A program made the translations under genes and the position numbers. This document shows, one piece after another, positions 14,291 through 22,998 of a stretch of DNA of 64,000 nucleotides (position 1 is the stretch's first letter; every line of letters starts with the position of its first letter). The notes under the pieces were generated by a model. The model searched no databases and was not told the DNA's origin. It worked only from the letters and a program-made list of their open reading frames with translations. The stretch comes from Polyangiales bacterium (lineage in GTDB: Bacteria; Myxococcota_A; Polyangia; Polyangiales; Ga0077539), in assembly GCA_044229975.1 (NCBI GenBank), contig JBGARZ010000024.1:1-64000 (forward strand), written 5' to 3'.

Positions 14291-16831
14291 CTACGCCGTC
14301 TCTTGCATCCGGGTCACGAGCTGCGCTTCGTGGGCGACGAAGCCCAGCAGCGCCTCGCGGTAGCGCTGCACCATGACGGTGTCTTCGAGCGCCGGGTCGA
14401 CCTTGCGGTAGGCGAAGCCGAGCTGCTCGCCGCGCACCAGCGACGGCCGACCGGCCGACAGCAGCCGGACCTCCAGCATGTGCCGCACGCCGCCGCCGTC
14501 GCGGAAGCCCAGCGTGAAGCCGTCGACGCCCAGCACCACCTCGACGCCCGTGCGCCACGGCGCGGGGAGCAGCTCGTCGACGAGCGCGAGGAGACCCGGC
14601 GAGGCGGGCCGCGCGGGCTTGTCCTCCTGGAGCCACGGGAGGATGCGCTCCTCGCGGTCGAGCAGGCGCTGGAGCACGGCGCGGTACTGCGCGGTGCGCG
14701 CGGCGTCCTCGGCCTGGCCGTCGAGCAGGAGGTACGCGTAGGCGAGCCCCGCGCCCGTGAGGAGGGCGGGCGCGTCGGGGTGGATCTCGTGGACGTAGAG
14801 CGTGTGCCAGGCGTCGGTCGCGTCGCGCAGGCGCGCCACGAAGCCGTGCTCGGTGAGGGTGACGTCGAGGTCGCGTCGCCACGTGTCGGGCAGCGCTTCG
14901 GCCACGATGGCGACGAGCTCGGGGGCGGCCGGGCGGATCAGCGGGTCGTTGGGCGGCTCGGAGGGGTAGTAGGCCGGCGCCTTCATGGAGGCGAGCGAGA
15001 GCCACGGGAGGATGTCGTCCTCGCGCTGACTGATGGCGGTGAGCGCCGCGCGGTAGCCGTCGAGCACGGCGGCCTCGTCGAGGGACGGGTCGACGAGGGT
15101 GTACGAGTAGCCGAGCCTGGTGCCCGCGACGAGGGGCGACGGGTCGACGGGGAGCTCGCGGGCGTCGAGGGCGTGCTGGCGCCCGTCGGCGTCGCGGAAG
15201 CGCAAGAGGAAGCCGCCTGGCGACAGCGTCGCGGACACGTCGTGTCGCCACGCCTCGGGCAGCGCCTCGCGCAGTAGGGCGGCGAGCTCGGGCGGCGCGG
15301 GGTTTTCGTTGGGAAACGCGACGGCGGCCTCTTCGCTGACGGGCGCGGCGACGTCGGCCGGCGGGGGCGTGGCGTCGATGAAGGGCAGGAGGTCGTTTTC
15401 CCGGGCGGCGAGCCGGCTGAGGACGGCGCGGTACTCGCCTGCCTGGGCGGTCTCCTCGACGCCCCCTTCGATGAACAGGTACGAAAACGCGAGCACGCGG
15501 CCGTTGACCAGGGTGGGCGCCTCGGGGCTGATCTCGCGGGCGTCGAGGGCGTGGTGGACGCCCGCCTCGTCGACGAACTGGAGCACGAAGCCGCCCTGGG
15601 TGAGCGAGACGGAGAGCTCGCGGCGCCACGCCGCGGGGAGCTCGGCGCGCACGACGGCGACGAGCCCGGCCGGGGCCGGGCGCTCGCTGGGGGGCGGCAG
15701 CTTGCGGGTGCTTCCGGAGGCGACGGCGGTGGGCAGCCCGTCGGCCTCGTCGGGCGAGAACGAGAGCCACGGGAGGATGTCTTCCTCGCGGAGGCTGATG
15801 GCGGTGAGCGCCGCGCGGTAGCCGTCGATCACGGTGGCCGCGTCGAGGGCGGGGTCGACGAGCGTGTACGAGTAGCCGAGGGCGGTGCCCGCGACGAGGG
15901 CGGTGGCGGTGAGGCGCAGCTCGCGGGCGTCGAGGGCGTGCTGGCGCCCGTCGGCGTCGCGGAAGCGCAAGAGGAAGCCGCCTGGCGACAGCGTCGCGGA
16001 CACCTCGTGGCGCCACGCTTCGGGCAGCGCCTCGTGGAGGATGGCGGCGAGCTCGGGCGGCGCGGCGTGCTCGTCGGGGAGCGCGGTGGCGGCCTCTTCG
16101 CTGACGGGGGCGGCGACGTCGGCCGGGGGCGGTGTGGCGTCGAGCCAGGGGAGGAGGTCGTCTTCGCGGGCGGCGAGCCGGCTGAGGACGGCGCGGTACT
16201 CGCCGGCCTGGGCGGTCTCCTCGACGCCGCCCTCGATGAACAGGTACGAGAACGCGAGGACGCGGCCGCTGACCAGCGTCGGGGCCTCGGGGCGAATCTC
16301 GCGGGCGTCGAGGGCGTGGCGCACGCCCGCCTCGTCGACGAACTGGAGCACGAAGCCGCCCTGGGTCAGCGAGATGGAGAGGTTGTTGCGCCACGCCTCG
16401 GGGAGCTCGGCGCGCACGACGGCGACGAGCGCGGCGGGGGCGGGTCGCTCGCCCGGCTGCGGGCCGCGGAAGGGGAGCGCCGTGTTTTCGACGGGCGCCT
16501 CGGGCTCGGGCATCCAGCGCAGGAGGTCTTCCTCGCGGGCCGCGAGGGCGGTGAGCACCGCGCGGTAGTCGTCGAGGACGGTGGCCTCGTCGAGGCCCGG
16601 CTCGGCCAGGGTGTACGAGTAGGCGAGGGCGGTGCCGGTGACGAGCGCGGTGGGGAGCTGCTCCAGCGAGCGCACGTCGAGGGCGTGCTGGCGCCCCTCC
16701 GCGTCGCGAAACCGGAAGGTGAATCCCTCGGGGGAGATGGCGGTTGTCAGCTCGTGTTGCCACGCCTCAGGCAGCGCCTGGCGGAGGATCGCATTGAGCT
16801 CGTCGAGGGCCTGCGCGGAGGGCTCGTCCAT
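14291..16831 (-). CDS. Protein made of seven tandem copies of an unnamed ~100-aa domain (putative scaffold)
   Basis: Seven copies of LPExWRx..GFxLxFxDxxGxxHALDxRE..LVxGxxLxYSY..YRAxLxxLxxREEDLLPW with Pro/acidic linkers. No signal peptide. Confidence 0.85.
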   Translation of the reverse strand: MDEPSAQALDELNAILRQALPEAWQHELTTAISPEGFTFRFRDAEGRQHALDVRSLEQLPTALVTGTALAYSYTLAEPGLDEATVLDDYRAVLTALAAREEDLLRWMPEPEAPVENTALPFRGPQPGERPAPAALVAVVRAELPEAWRNNLSISLTQGGFVLQFVDEAGVRHALDAREIRPEAPTLVSGRVLAFSYLFIEGGVEETAQAGEYRAVLSRLAAREDDLLPWLDATPPPADVAAPVSEEAATALPDEHAAPPELAAILHEALPEAWRHEVSATLSPGGFLLRFRDADGRQHALDARELRLTATALVAGTALGYSYTLVDPALDAATVIDGYRAALTAISLREEDILPWLSFSPDEADGLPTAVASGSTRKLPPPSERPAPAGLVAVVRAELPAAWRRELSVSLTQGGFVLQFVDEAGVHHALDAREISPEAPTLVNGRVLAFSYLFIEGGVEETAQAGEYRAVLSRLAARENDLLPFIDATPPPADVAAPVSEEAAVAFPNENPAPPELAALLREALPEAWRHDVSATLSPGGFLLRFRDADGRQHALDARELPVDPSPLVAGTRLGYSYTLVDPSLDEAAVLDGYRAALTAISQREDDILPWLSLASMKAPAYYPSEPPNDPLIRPAAPELVAIVAEALPDTWRRDLDVTLTEHGFVARLRDATDAWHTLYVHEIHPDAPALLTGAGLAYAYLLLDGQAEDAARTAQYRAVLQRLLDREERILPWLQEDKPARPASPGLLALVDELLPAPWRTGVEVVLGVDGFTLGFRDGGGVRHMLEVRLLSAGRPSLVRGEQLGFAYRKVDPALEDTVMVQRYREALLGFVAHEAQLVTRMQETA
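14995..16450 (-). repeat. Recent 765-bp-period tandem duplication (domain copies 2-3 vs 4-5)
   Basis: Near-identical DNA at a 765-bp offset, for example 15171 vs 15936 and 15541 vs 16306. Confidence 0.85.
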
Positions 16832-16908
16832 GGTGCCGCGATGCTATCATGGCGCCGCTTCGGCAATCCCCGACTCTCCGGCACCGCGAAGGCCGTCAAA
16901 AACACTCC

Positions 16909-19044
16909 ATGGACTCCCTCCCCGCGCTGGATAGCCTCGCCCTCCACGAGGTCTGCATCACGCTCCGGTGCGACGGCGGGTGCTTCTGGAACCAGCACTG
17001 CCGCGGCCCCGAGGGCCCCGCCTTCGAGCCCGGTGAGGGCGGCCACCACTTCGACGCCCGCGAGCCCGGTCGGGTTCGTCTCGCGGGAGGAGACCCGTTT
17101 CGCTACGGCGACGTGGTGGCCTGGGCCCGCTGGGCGCGCTCGCAGCCCCTGGGCTTCCTCGAAGTCGAAGGCCCGGCCGTGTCGCTCGTCGATCCGTCGG
17201 TGGTTCCGCGCCTCGCCGCGGCCACACCCGACGCCGTGCAGGCCGTGCTCCCCACCCTCGACCCCGCGCGCCTCGCCGCGCTCACCGGCCGTCCCGTCGA
17301 CGTCGCAGCCCTGCTCGCCGGGCTCCGCTCGGTGCGCGACGCGGGGCTGCGCCTCGTGGTGGTCGTCCCCGTCGACGCCACCACCGCGCCGCTGCTCACG
17401 GGCACCCTCGCGGCGCTGCGCGAGCACCTCGGTCCCGATCTCCCGGTGGTGCTGCGTCGCCTCCCGGCGAGTCTCTCGGGCGCCGCGCCGTGGTCGGAGG
17501 TCGCGGCCCTCTCGGCGGCGCTCACCACCGTGGCCGAGACGCCGTCGCTCGCGGGCGACCTCACCGTCGACCCGGTGGCCAACTGGGGCGCGTGCCTCGT
17601 TCCGCCGGCGGCGTGGCGTCACGGGCTCATTCCCCTGTCGCGCACTCCGCGTCGCGAGGGACCGCAGCTCGGCCCCGCGTGCGAGACCTGCGCGCTGCGC
17701 CCGCGCTGCACCTGGAACCCCGGCGAGACCCCACCCCCCGACGGCAGCCTGCATCCGCTCACGCACGACGAGGCGCTCTCGCTGCACCGCCTCTCGCCGC
17801 ACCTCTCGCTCGAACACCAGCCCAAGACCGACCGCACCAAACGTGACCGCCGGGCCTTCGATCTCCCCGAGCTGCTCTGCTTCGCGCCCTTCACCTCGCT
17901 CGTGATGTGCGACACGCCCAACGCGCCGGTGCCCTGCGCCGAGTCGTGGGTCCGCACCGAGATGACCGTCGCCGAGCAGGCCCAGTCGCTCGGCATCACC
18001 ACGGCGGAGATCGAGGCGCGCAACACCACCAGCTACGCGCGCTGGGGCTATCCGTCGTTCGTCCCCGCCAACGAGGACTGGTCCATCCGCGAGATGTGGA
18101 ACGGCCCGCTCGTCCTCCACATGCGCCGCCAGATGCTCGGTGGTGGGCCGTCTGATCGGTGCCGCGGCAACTGCCGCCCGATGCTCGGCGTGGAGGAGCC
18201 CTTCTTCGACGCGCTCACCCGCCCCGACGACCGCCTCTCGCCGGAGATCGTCGCCAACCGCCGCAAGCTCATCGAGGAGATTCGCGATGGGCGCAGCGTG
18301 CTCACGGCCAACCCCCTGGAGCTGGTGCTGGGCGTCGCGTCGCACTGCAACATCACGTGCGGGTTCTGCACGGGGCCGATGGGCGCCTACGGCGAGCTCT
18401 CCGAGCGGCGCTTCGACGAGGTCATCGAGCTGCTCCCCACGCTGATGACCCTGAGCGTCATCGGGCCGGGCGAGCCGCTGATGAGCAAGCGCTTCCCGAA
18501 GCTGCTCGCGCACATCAACGACCGCGGCTACCCCGCGCTCCAGGTGTCGCTCACCACCAACGGGACGCTCATGACCAGGAGCTGGCTGGAGCGCCACGCC
18601 AACGTGCGCTTCAACCACATCCGCGTGTCGCTCAACGCGGGCTCGGCCGAGACGCACGAGCGCATGACGGGGAAGAAGTTCTTCGAGCGGCTGATGCCCA
18701 CCATCGACGCGCTCGCCGAGCGCAAGGCCCGCAGCGACTCGCGCTTCGAGCTCACCCTGAGCTGCGTGCTCTCCAGCTATGTCATGGGCGACCTGCGCAA
18801 CTTCGCCGAGATCGTCGACCGCGCCAACGCCAACATCGTCGTCGAGCCCATGTACGGCAACATGCTGGGCCTGAGCCCCTACGTGCGCGGCGAGAAGCTC
18901 CGCGCGCTGCGCGACGAGTGCGCCGGCGTCTCCGCCGCCTTCGAGGTGCGCAACCCGAAGATCTCCCGGGCGTTTCGCGCGATGGAGCAGTTCGCCAGCC
19001 AGCGGCTGCGCACGCGCAACCTCGCGGTGCTCCCGCAGCACTGA
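16909..19044 (+). CDS. Multidomain radical SAM: degenerate rSAM-like N-terminus, SPASM/twitch-like segment, intact C-terminal rSAM
   Basis: CDGGCFWNQHC, AGGDP and a CETCALRPRC tail come first. Then CFAPF..VPC..IREMWNG..CRGNC, then CNITCGFC, GPGEP and TTNG. Confidence 0.82.
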   Translation: MDSLPALDSLALHEVCITLRCDGGCFWNQHCRGPEGPAFEPGEGGHHFDAREPGRVRLAGGDPFRYGDVVAWARWARSQPLGFLEVEGPAVSLVDPSVVPRLAAATPDAVQAVLPTLDPARLAALTGRPVDVAALLAGLRSVRDAGLRLVVVVPVDATTAPLLTGTLAALREHLGPDLPVVLRRLPASLSGAAPWSEVAALSAALTTVAETPSLAGDLTVDPVANWGACLVPPAAWRHGLIPLSRTPRREGPQLGPACETCALRPRCTWNPGETPPPDGSLHPLTHDEALSLHRLSPHLSLEHQPKTDRTKRDRRAFDLPELLCFAPFTSLVMCDTPNAPVPCAESWVRTEMTVAEQAQSLGITTAEIEARNTTSYARWGYPSFVPANEDWSIREMWNGPLVLHMRRQMLGGGPSDRCRGNCRPMLGVEEPFFDALTRPDDRLSPEIVANRRKLIEEIRDGRSVLTANPLELVLGVASHCNITCGFCTGPMGAYGELSERRFDEVIELLPTLMTLSVIGPGEPLMSKRFPKLLAHINDRGYPALQVSLTTNGTLMTRSWLERHANVRFNHIRVSLNAGSAETHERMTGKKFFERLMPTIDALAERKARSDSRFELTLSCVLSSYVMGDLRNFAEIVDRANANIVVEPMYGNMLGLSPYVRGEKLRALRDECAGVSAAFEVRNPKISRAFRAMEQFASQRLRTRNLAVLPQH

Positions 19045-19046
19045 GC

Positions 19047-20543
19047 TCAGAACGCTGGGAACTCCAGCCAGATGGGATCGTCGTCGGAGCGCTCGCCCTC
19101 GGCCAGGTGGCGCCCGCGGCGGTCGATGCCGCAGCGGGTGACGAGCGCGCGGCTCCAGGCGGCCGCGAGGTCGGGCGAGCGGTCGCGCAGGACGCCCAGG
19201 AGCGCGGTCGCGAACTCCGCGGACGCGGGGCAGTCGTAGCGGCACGGGTACCAGGTGACGAGCCGCGGGTGCGCGCGGTCGGGCAGCAGGTTGTTGAGCC
19301 GCCCGAGGAAGGTCTCGCTCGCCCGCGCGGCGGCCTCGGCGGCGGCGTAGTCCTCGTGGGCGAGGGTGCCGTCGAGGCACGCGGTGACGCCGCGGCGCAT
19401 GCGCTCGGCGAAGGCGTCGGCGCAGCACGCGGGGTAGCCCAGCAGCCGGCCGACGTGCGCGTTGCGGCGGGCCCGCTCCTCGCGGTCGTCGCACAGGGAG
19501 GCCCGCTCGGCGTCGGCCAGCGCGCGCGCCGCGGCGTCGTCCCGGGCGACGTACGCGAGGTGCTGGTCGCCGCCGGTGAACTCCAGCGCGTGCTCCGGGG
19601 CGAAGAACCCCCACGACCGCGCGTGCACCCGTCGTTCGAGCGCGGCGAGGTTGGCGTGCTGCGGGAGCACGACGCGGATGGCGGCCTTGAGCCCGGCCTC
19701 GAAGGCCAGCCACTCGGGGCCCTCGTCGATGGCCGGGCCGTGGGCCTCGGGGTCGTGCGCCGTGGCGGCGTCGGCCTCGCCCGCGGCGTAGGCGGCGGTC
19801 AGCAGCGGCGCGAGCTCGTCCTCGCGCTTGGAGAGGGACGTCATCGCGGCGCGGTAGTCGTCGATGAGGCCCACCGGGTCGACGGCCTCGTCGACGCTCA
19901 GGTAGCTGTAGGCGAGCGCCGCGCCCTGCACCAGCGCGGGGCCGCCGGGGCGCAGCGGGTGGATGTTGAAGGCGTGGCGCCGGCCGTCGTCGTCGCGGAA
20001 GTGCAGGAAGATCCCCGGCGGCGACCGCACGGCGACGACGTCGCGGCGCCACCCGGCGGGGAGAGCGTCTCGCGCCGCCTCGGCGAAGCGCAGCGCCACC
20101 GGGTCGGCCGCCGACGCGACGGGAGGAGGCAGGCCCACCACGTGGGAGGAAGGGTTCGTCGCCGCGGAGGTCGGGCCCGTCGTGCTCGGGGTCTGCGTCG
20201 TCGGCCCCGGGATGCACGCGAGGATGTCGTCTTCGTGGGCCGCGAGGGCCGTGAGCGCGTCGCGGTAGGGCTCGAACAGCGCGCTCTCCTCCAGCGCCGC
20301 GGCGACGGGCTCGTGCGCGAAGGCGACCCGCTCCGAGGGGACCAGCGTCGGCATCTGCGGCCGCATCCGGCGCATGGAGAACCCGTGGCGGTGCCCCTCG
20401 GCGTCGTCGAACGACAGCACCAGCGTGTCGCTCACCAGCGCGGCCCTCACGTCGTGGCGCCAGTGTTCTGGCAGCGCGGGGGTCAGCCGCGCGGCGAGCT
20501 CGGCGAGGGTCGTGGGGGAGGGCCGTCCGTCGTTCTCGCGCAT
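19047..20543 (-). CDS. Two copies of the ~100-aa repeat domain fused to a DUF483-like domain
   Basis: LPEHWRHDV.. and LPAGWRRDV.. match the 14291-16831 repeats, followed by WLAFEAGLKAAIR...LGYPACC...YPCRYDC. An alternative start lies at 20558. Confidence 0.8.
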   Translation of the reverse strand: MRENDGRPSPTTLAELAARLTPALPEHWRHDVRAALVSDTLVLSFDDAEGHRHGFSMRRMRPQMPTLVPSERVAFAHEPVAAALEESALFEPYRDALTALAAHEDDILACIPGPTTQTPSTTGPTSAATNPSSHVVGLPPPVASAADPVALRFAEAARDALPAGWRRDVVAVRSPPGIFLHFRDDDGRRHAFNIHPLRPGGPALVQGAALAYSYLSVDEAVDPVGLIDDYRAAMTSLSKREDELAPLLTAAYAAGEADAATAHDPEAHGPAIDEGPEWLAFEAGLKAAIRVVLPQHANLAALERRVHARSWGFFAPEHALEFTGGDQHLAYVARDDAAARALADAERASLCDDREERARRNAHVGRLLGYPACCADAFAERMRRGVTACLDGTLAHEDYAAAEAAARASETFLGRLNNLLPDRAHPRLVTWYPCRYDCPASAEFATALLGVLRDRSPDLAAAWSRALVTRCGIDRRGRHLAEGERSDDDPIWLEFPAF

Positions 20544-20596
20544 GGCCCACAGAGGCATATCACGGCCGTTTCCGGCGCGACCCGCGTCGGCGGTCT

Positions 20597-22930
20597 TCAG
20601 TCGGCCGAGGGCGGCACCGAGCGGAGCTGACCCGCGCGCGTGAAGTACGTCACGCACGACGAGGCGCGGTTGCCACGCAGCATCGACAGCATCTCCGTGA
20701 GCATCGCCACCGGGTCGTCGTCTGATCCCAGCGCGAGCGACGCGTCGGCGTAGAAGCCGGGGCCGCGTCGGCGCAGGGTTGCGAGCACCGCGCGGGCGGC
20801 GTCGAGGTCGCCGTCTGAGACTTCGAGGAGCCCGAGGTTGACCCACGCCCCGATGCGCCCCGGGTTGCGCCGCACCGAGAGCGTGAGGTCGGCGCGCGCC
20901 TCGACCGCGCGGCCCAGGCAACGCATCGCCTCGCCGCGGTAGACGAAGGCCGTGGGGCCAGGGGTTCCGGCCTGCGCGATGCCCTCGGCGAGCCAGCGCA
21001 GGGCCTCCTCGTGGTCGCCGTCGAGCACCCACGCGCCGGCCATGCCGATGTACGCCCAGCGCGACCGGCCGTAGAGCGCGATGGCCCGCTCGAACTCCCG
21101 CTTCGCGGACGCCGCGTCGCCCACGTAGAGGTGCATCTCGCCGCGGTAGTTGTAGGGCTCGGCGGCGTGGGGCGCGCGCTCGTGCACGCGGTCGAGGTCG
21201 GCCATGGGCTCGACCAGGCTGCCCGTCGCGACGAAGCGGTGCAGCGCCCGCTTGGAGGCCACGCGCGGCGACGGCGGGACGTCGAGGCGCACCAGTCGTC
21301 GGTCGGCCGAGCGCACGTAGGTCGCGACCGGCGAGCGGTTGCCCCGCAGCCGCGTGAGGGACTCGGCGAGCGCGGCGTCGAGGTCGTCCTCGGGCGGCGT
21401 TGGAGTGCCCGGCGTCGGGGCCAGGGCGTCGGTGCGCAGGGCCGCGAGCGCGGGGACGAGCACGTACTCGGGCAGACCCGGGAAGGTGTCGGTGCGGAGC
21501 TGCGCGAGCGAGATCACCACCTGCGCCGCGACGTGGTTGGCGATGTCGTCGGACTGCTCGCCGCCGCGCCGGGTCTCGGCCAGCGCCTCGGCGTAGCGGC
21601 CCAGGCGGAGCAGCGCCTCGCCCCGCCACACCGCCGCCACCGGGTCGCCGGGCTGGAGGGCGGCCGCCCGGTCGAGGTCGTCGAGGGCGCCGCCGGGGTC
21701 GCCCGCGGAGACGCGTGAGGCGCCGCGCAGGCACAGCGCGTCGGCGTCGTCGGGGTTGGCCGCGAGCAGGGTGGTGACGTGGTCGAGGGTCGTCGCCCAC
21801 TCGCCGCGCCACGCCGCGAGGGTGGCCAGGGCGAGGCGGGCCCCGGTGTGGTCGGGGTCGAGCGCGAGGAGGCTGGCGTAGCGTTCGCTCGCGGCGTCGT
21901 AGTCGGCGACCTGGCGAGCGAGGTCAGCCAGGTGGAACCGCAGCTTCGGGTCGTCGTCCGCGGTGGCGAGCGCGCGGTCGGCGGCGGCCCGCGCCTCGTC
22001 TTCGAGGCCGAGCGAGAGCAGCACCGTGGCGGCGCGCAGCGTGAGGCCCGTCGATGATCCTGCGAGATCGAGCAGCGTGCGGGCGTGGGCCGCTGCGCGC
22101 TCGGCGTCGTGCATCTCCGCCCGCCGCACGGCCCCCGCGCCGTGCAGCGCGACGCTCTCCGGGAAGCGCACGAGCGCCTCGTCGAGGGCCGCGAGCGCCT
22201 CGTGGCAGCGCCCGATCTGCCACATGCGCTCGAAGCGCAGGGTGAGCGCGGCGAGCGCGTCGAAGGGCGTCGAGTCGCGCGCGATGGCCGCGAGGTCGTC
22301 GAGGGCCGCGTCGAAGTCACCGCGCTCGAATCGCTCGCGGGCCCGCTCGAAGGCTTCGGGGTCGGCGAAGGTCTCCGGGTGCCAGATGGGGTCGCCCTCT
22401 GGGATGGGGCCTGGTTCGGGCTGCCAGGGCGCTTCGCCCTCGGGGATGGGCGCGGGCGGGGGTTGCCACGGCGCTTCGCCCTCGGGGACGGGCGCGGGTT
22501 CGGGTCGCCAGGGCGCTTCGCCCTCCGGGATGGGCGCGGGCGCGGGCGCCCGGCGGGTCGAGCCGTAGGCGGGCGGGGCGGGGGGCGGGGGGCGTTCCCA
22601 GACGAAGTCGGTCTCGGCGTCGCGCACCGCGGCGAGCAGCGCCGAGAGGAGCGGCGCGAGCCCGGCGGTGCCGCGCGGCGCCAGCAGGCGGACGGAGAAG
22701 CGCTCGGTCGCGGGGCCCCCGTCGGCCGCGTCGGAGTGCGCGAGGTGCAGCTCGGCGCGCACCCTCGGCGGGCCCGCTCGCAGGTAGCGCGCGCGGATGG
22801 TGGCGCCCTCGATGCGCGCGTCGACGAAGGCCCACCCGTCGGGCAGCGCGGGCGCGACCATGCGCCGGACGAGCTCTTCCTGGCCCGCGGGGATGACCCT
22901 CTTCTCAGCGGAGTCCGTCGGTGGCGTCAT
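20597..22930 (-). CDS. TPR-repeat protein with N-terminal accessory domain and Pro-rich repeats
   Basis: Many TPR-like helix pairs (ALALDPDH, AEPYNYRGE, AWVNLGLL). The N-terminus IPAGQEELVRRMVAPALPDGW is shared with 61261-63408. Confidence 0.85.
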   Translation of the reverse strand: MTPPTDSAEKRVIPAGQEELVRRMVAPALPDGWAFVDARIEGATIRARYLRAGPPRVRAELHLAHSDAADGGPATERFSVRLLAPRGTAGLAPLLSALLAAVRDAETDFVWERPPPPAPPAYGSTRRAPAPAPIPEGEAPWRPEPAPVPEGEAPWQPPPAPIPEGEAPWQPEPGPIPEGDPIWHPETFADPEAFERARERFERGDFDAALDDLAAIARDSTPFDALAALTLRFERMWQIGRCHEALAALDEALVRFPESVALHGAGAVRRAEMHDAERAAAHARTLLDLAGSSTGLTLRAATVLLSLGLEDEARAAADRALATADDDPKLRFHLADLARQVADYDAASERYASLLALDPDHTGARLALATLAAWRGEWATTLDHVTTLLAANPDDADALCLRGASRVSAGDPGGALDDLDRAAALQPGDPVAAVWRGEALLRLGRYAEALAETRRGGEQSDDIANHVAAQVVISLAQLRTDTFPGLPEYVLVPALAALRTDALAPTPGTPTPPEDDLDAALAESLTRLRGNRSPVATYVRSADRRLVRLDVPPSPRVASKRALHRFVATGSLVEPMADLDRVHERAPHAAEPYNYRGEMHLYVGDAASAKREFERAIALYGRSRWAYIGMAGAWVLDGDHEEALRWLAEGIAQAGTPGPTAFVYRGEAMRCLGRAVEARADLTLSVRRNPGRIGAWVNLGLLEVSDGDLDAARAVLATLRRRGPGFYADASLALGSDDDPVAMLTEMLSMLRGNRASSCVTYFTRAGQLRSVPPSAD
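22380..22545 (-). repeat. Four tandem PxP(I/V)PEG(E/D)xxW linker repeats
   Basis: PAPIPEGEAPW, PAPVPEGEAPW, PAPIPEGEAPW and PGPIPEGDPIW. Confidence 0.85.
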
Positions 22931-22998
22931 CGTCGTTTGGGAGGCCGCAGGAGGCGTTGGTCTGGACGCGACGACACCTGCTAGGGTGCGACGCTACC

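Noticed and set aside
12228..16763. Very long alternative-frame ORFs (for example 12228-16763, 16747-20550, 51591-55865, 32448-35669, 4858-7101)
   Set aside because: They are Arg/Ala/Pro-rich shadow frames typical of high-GC DNA, overlap motif-bearing genes and have no domain signatures.
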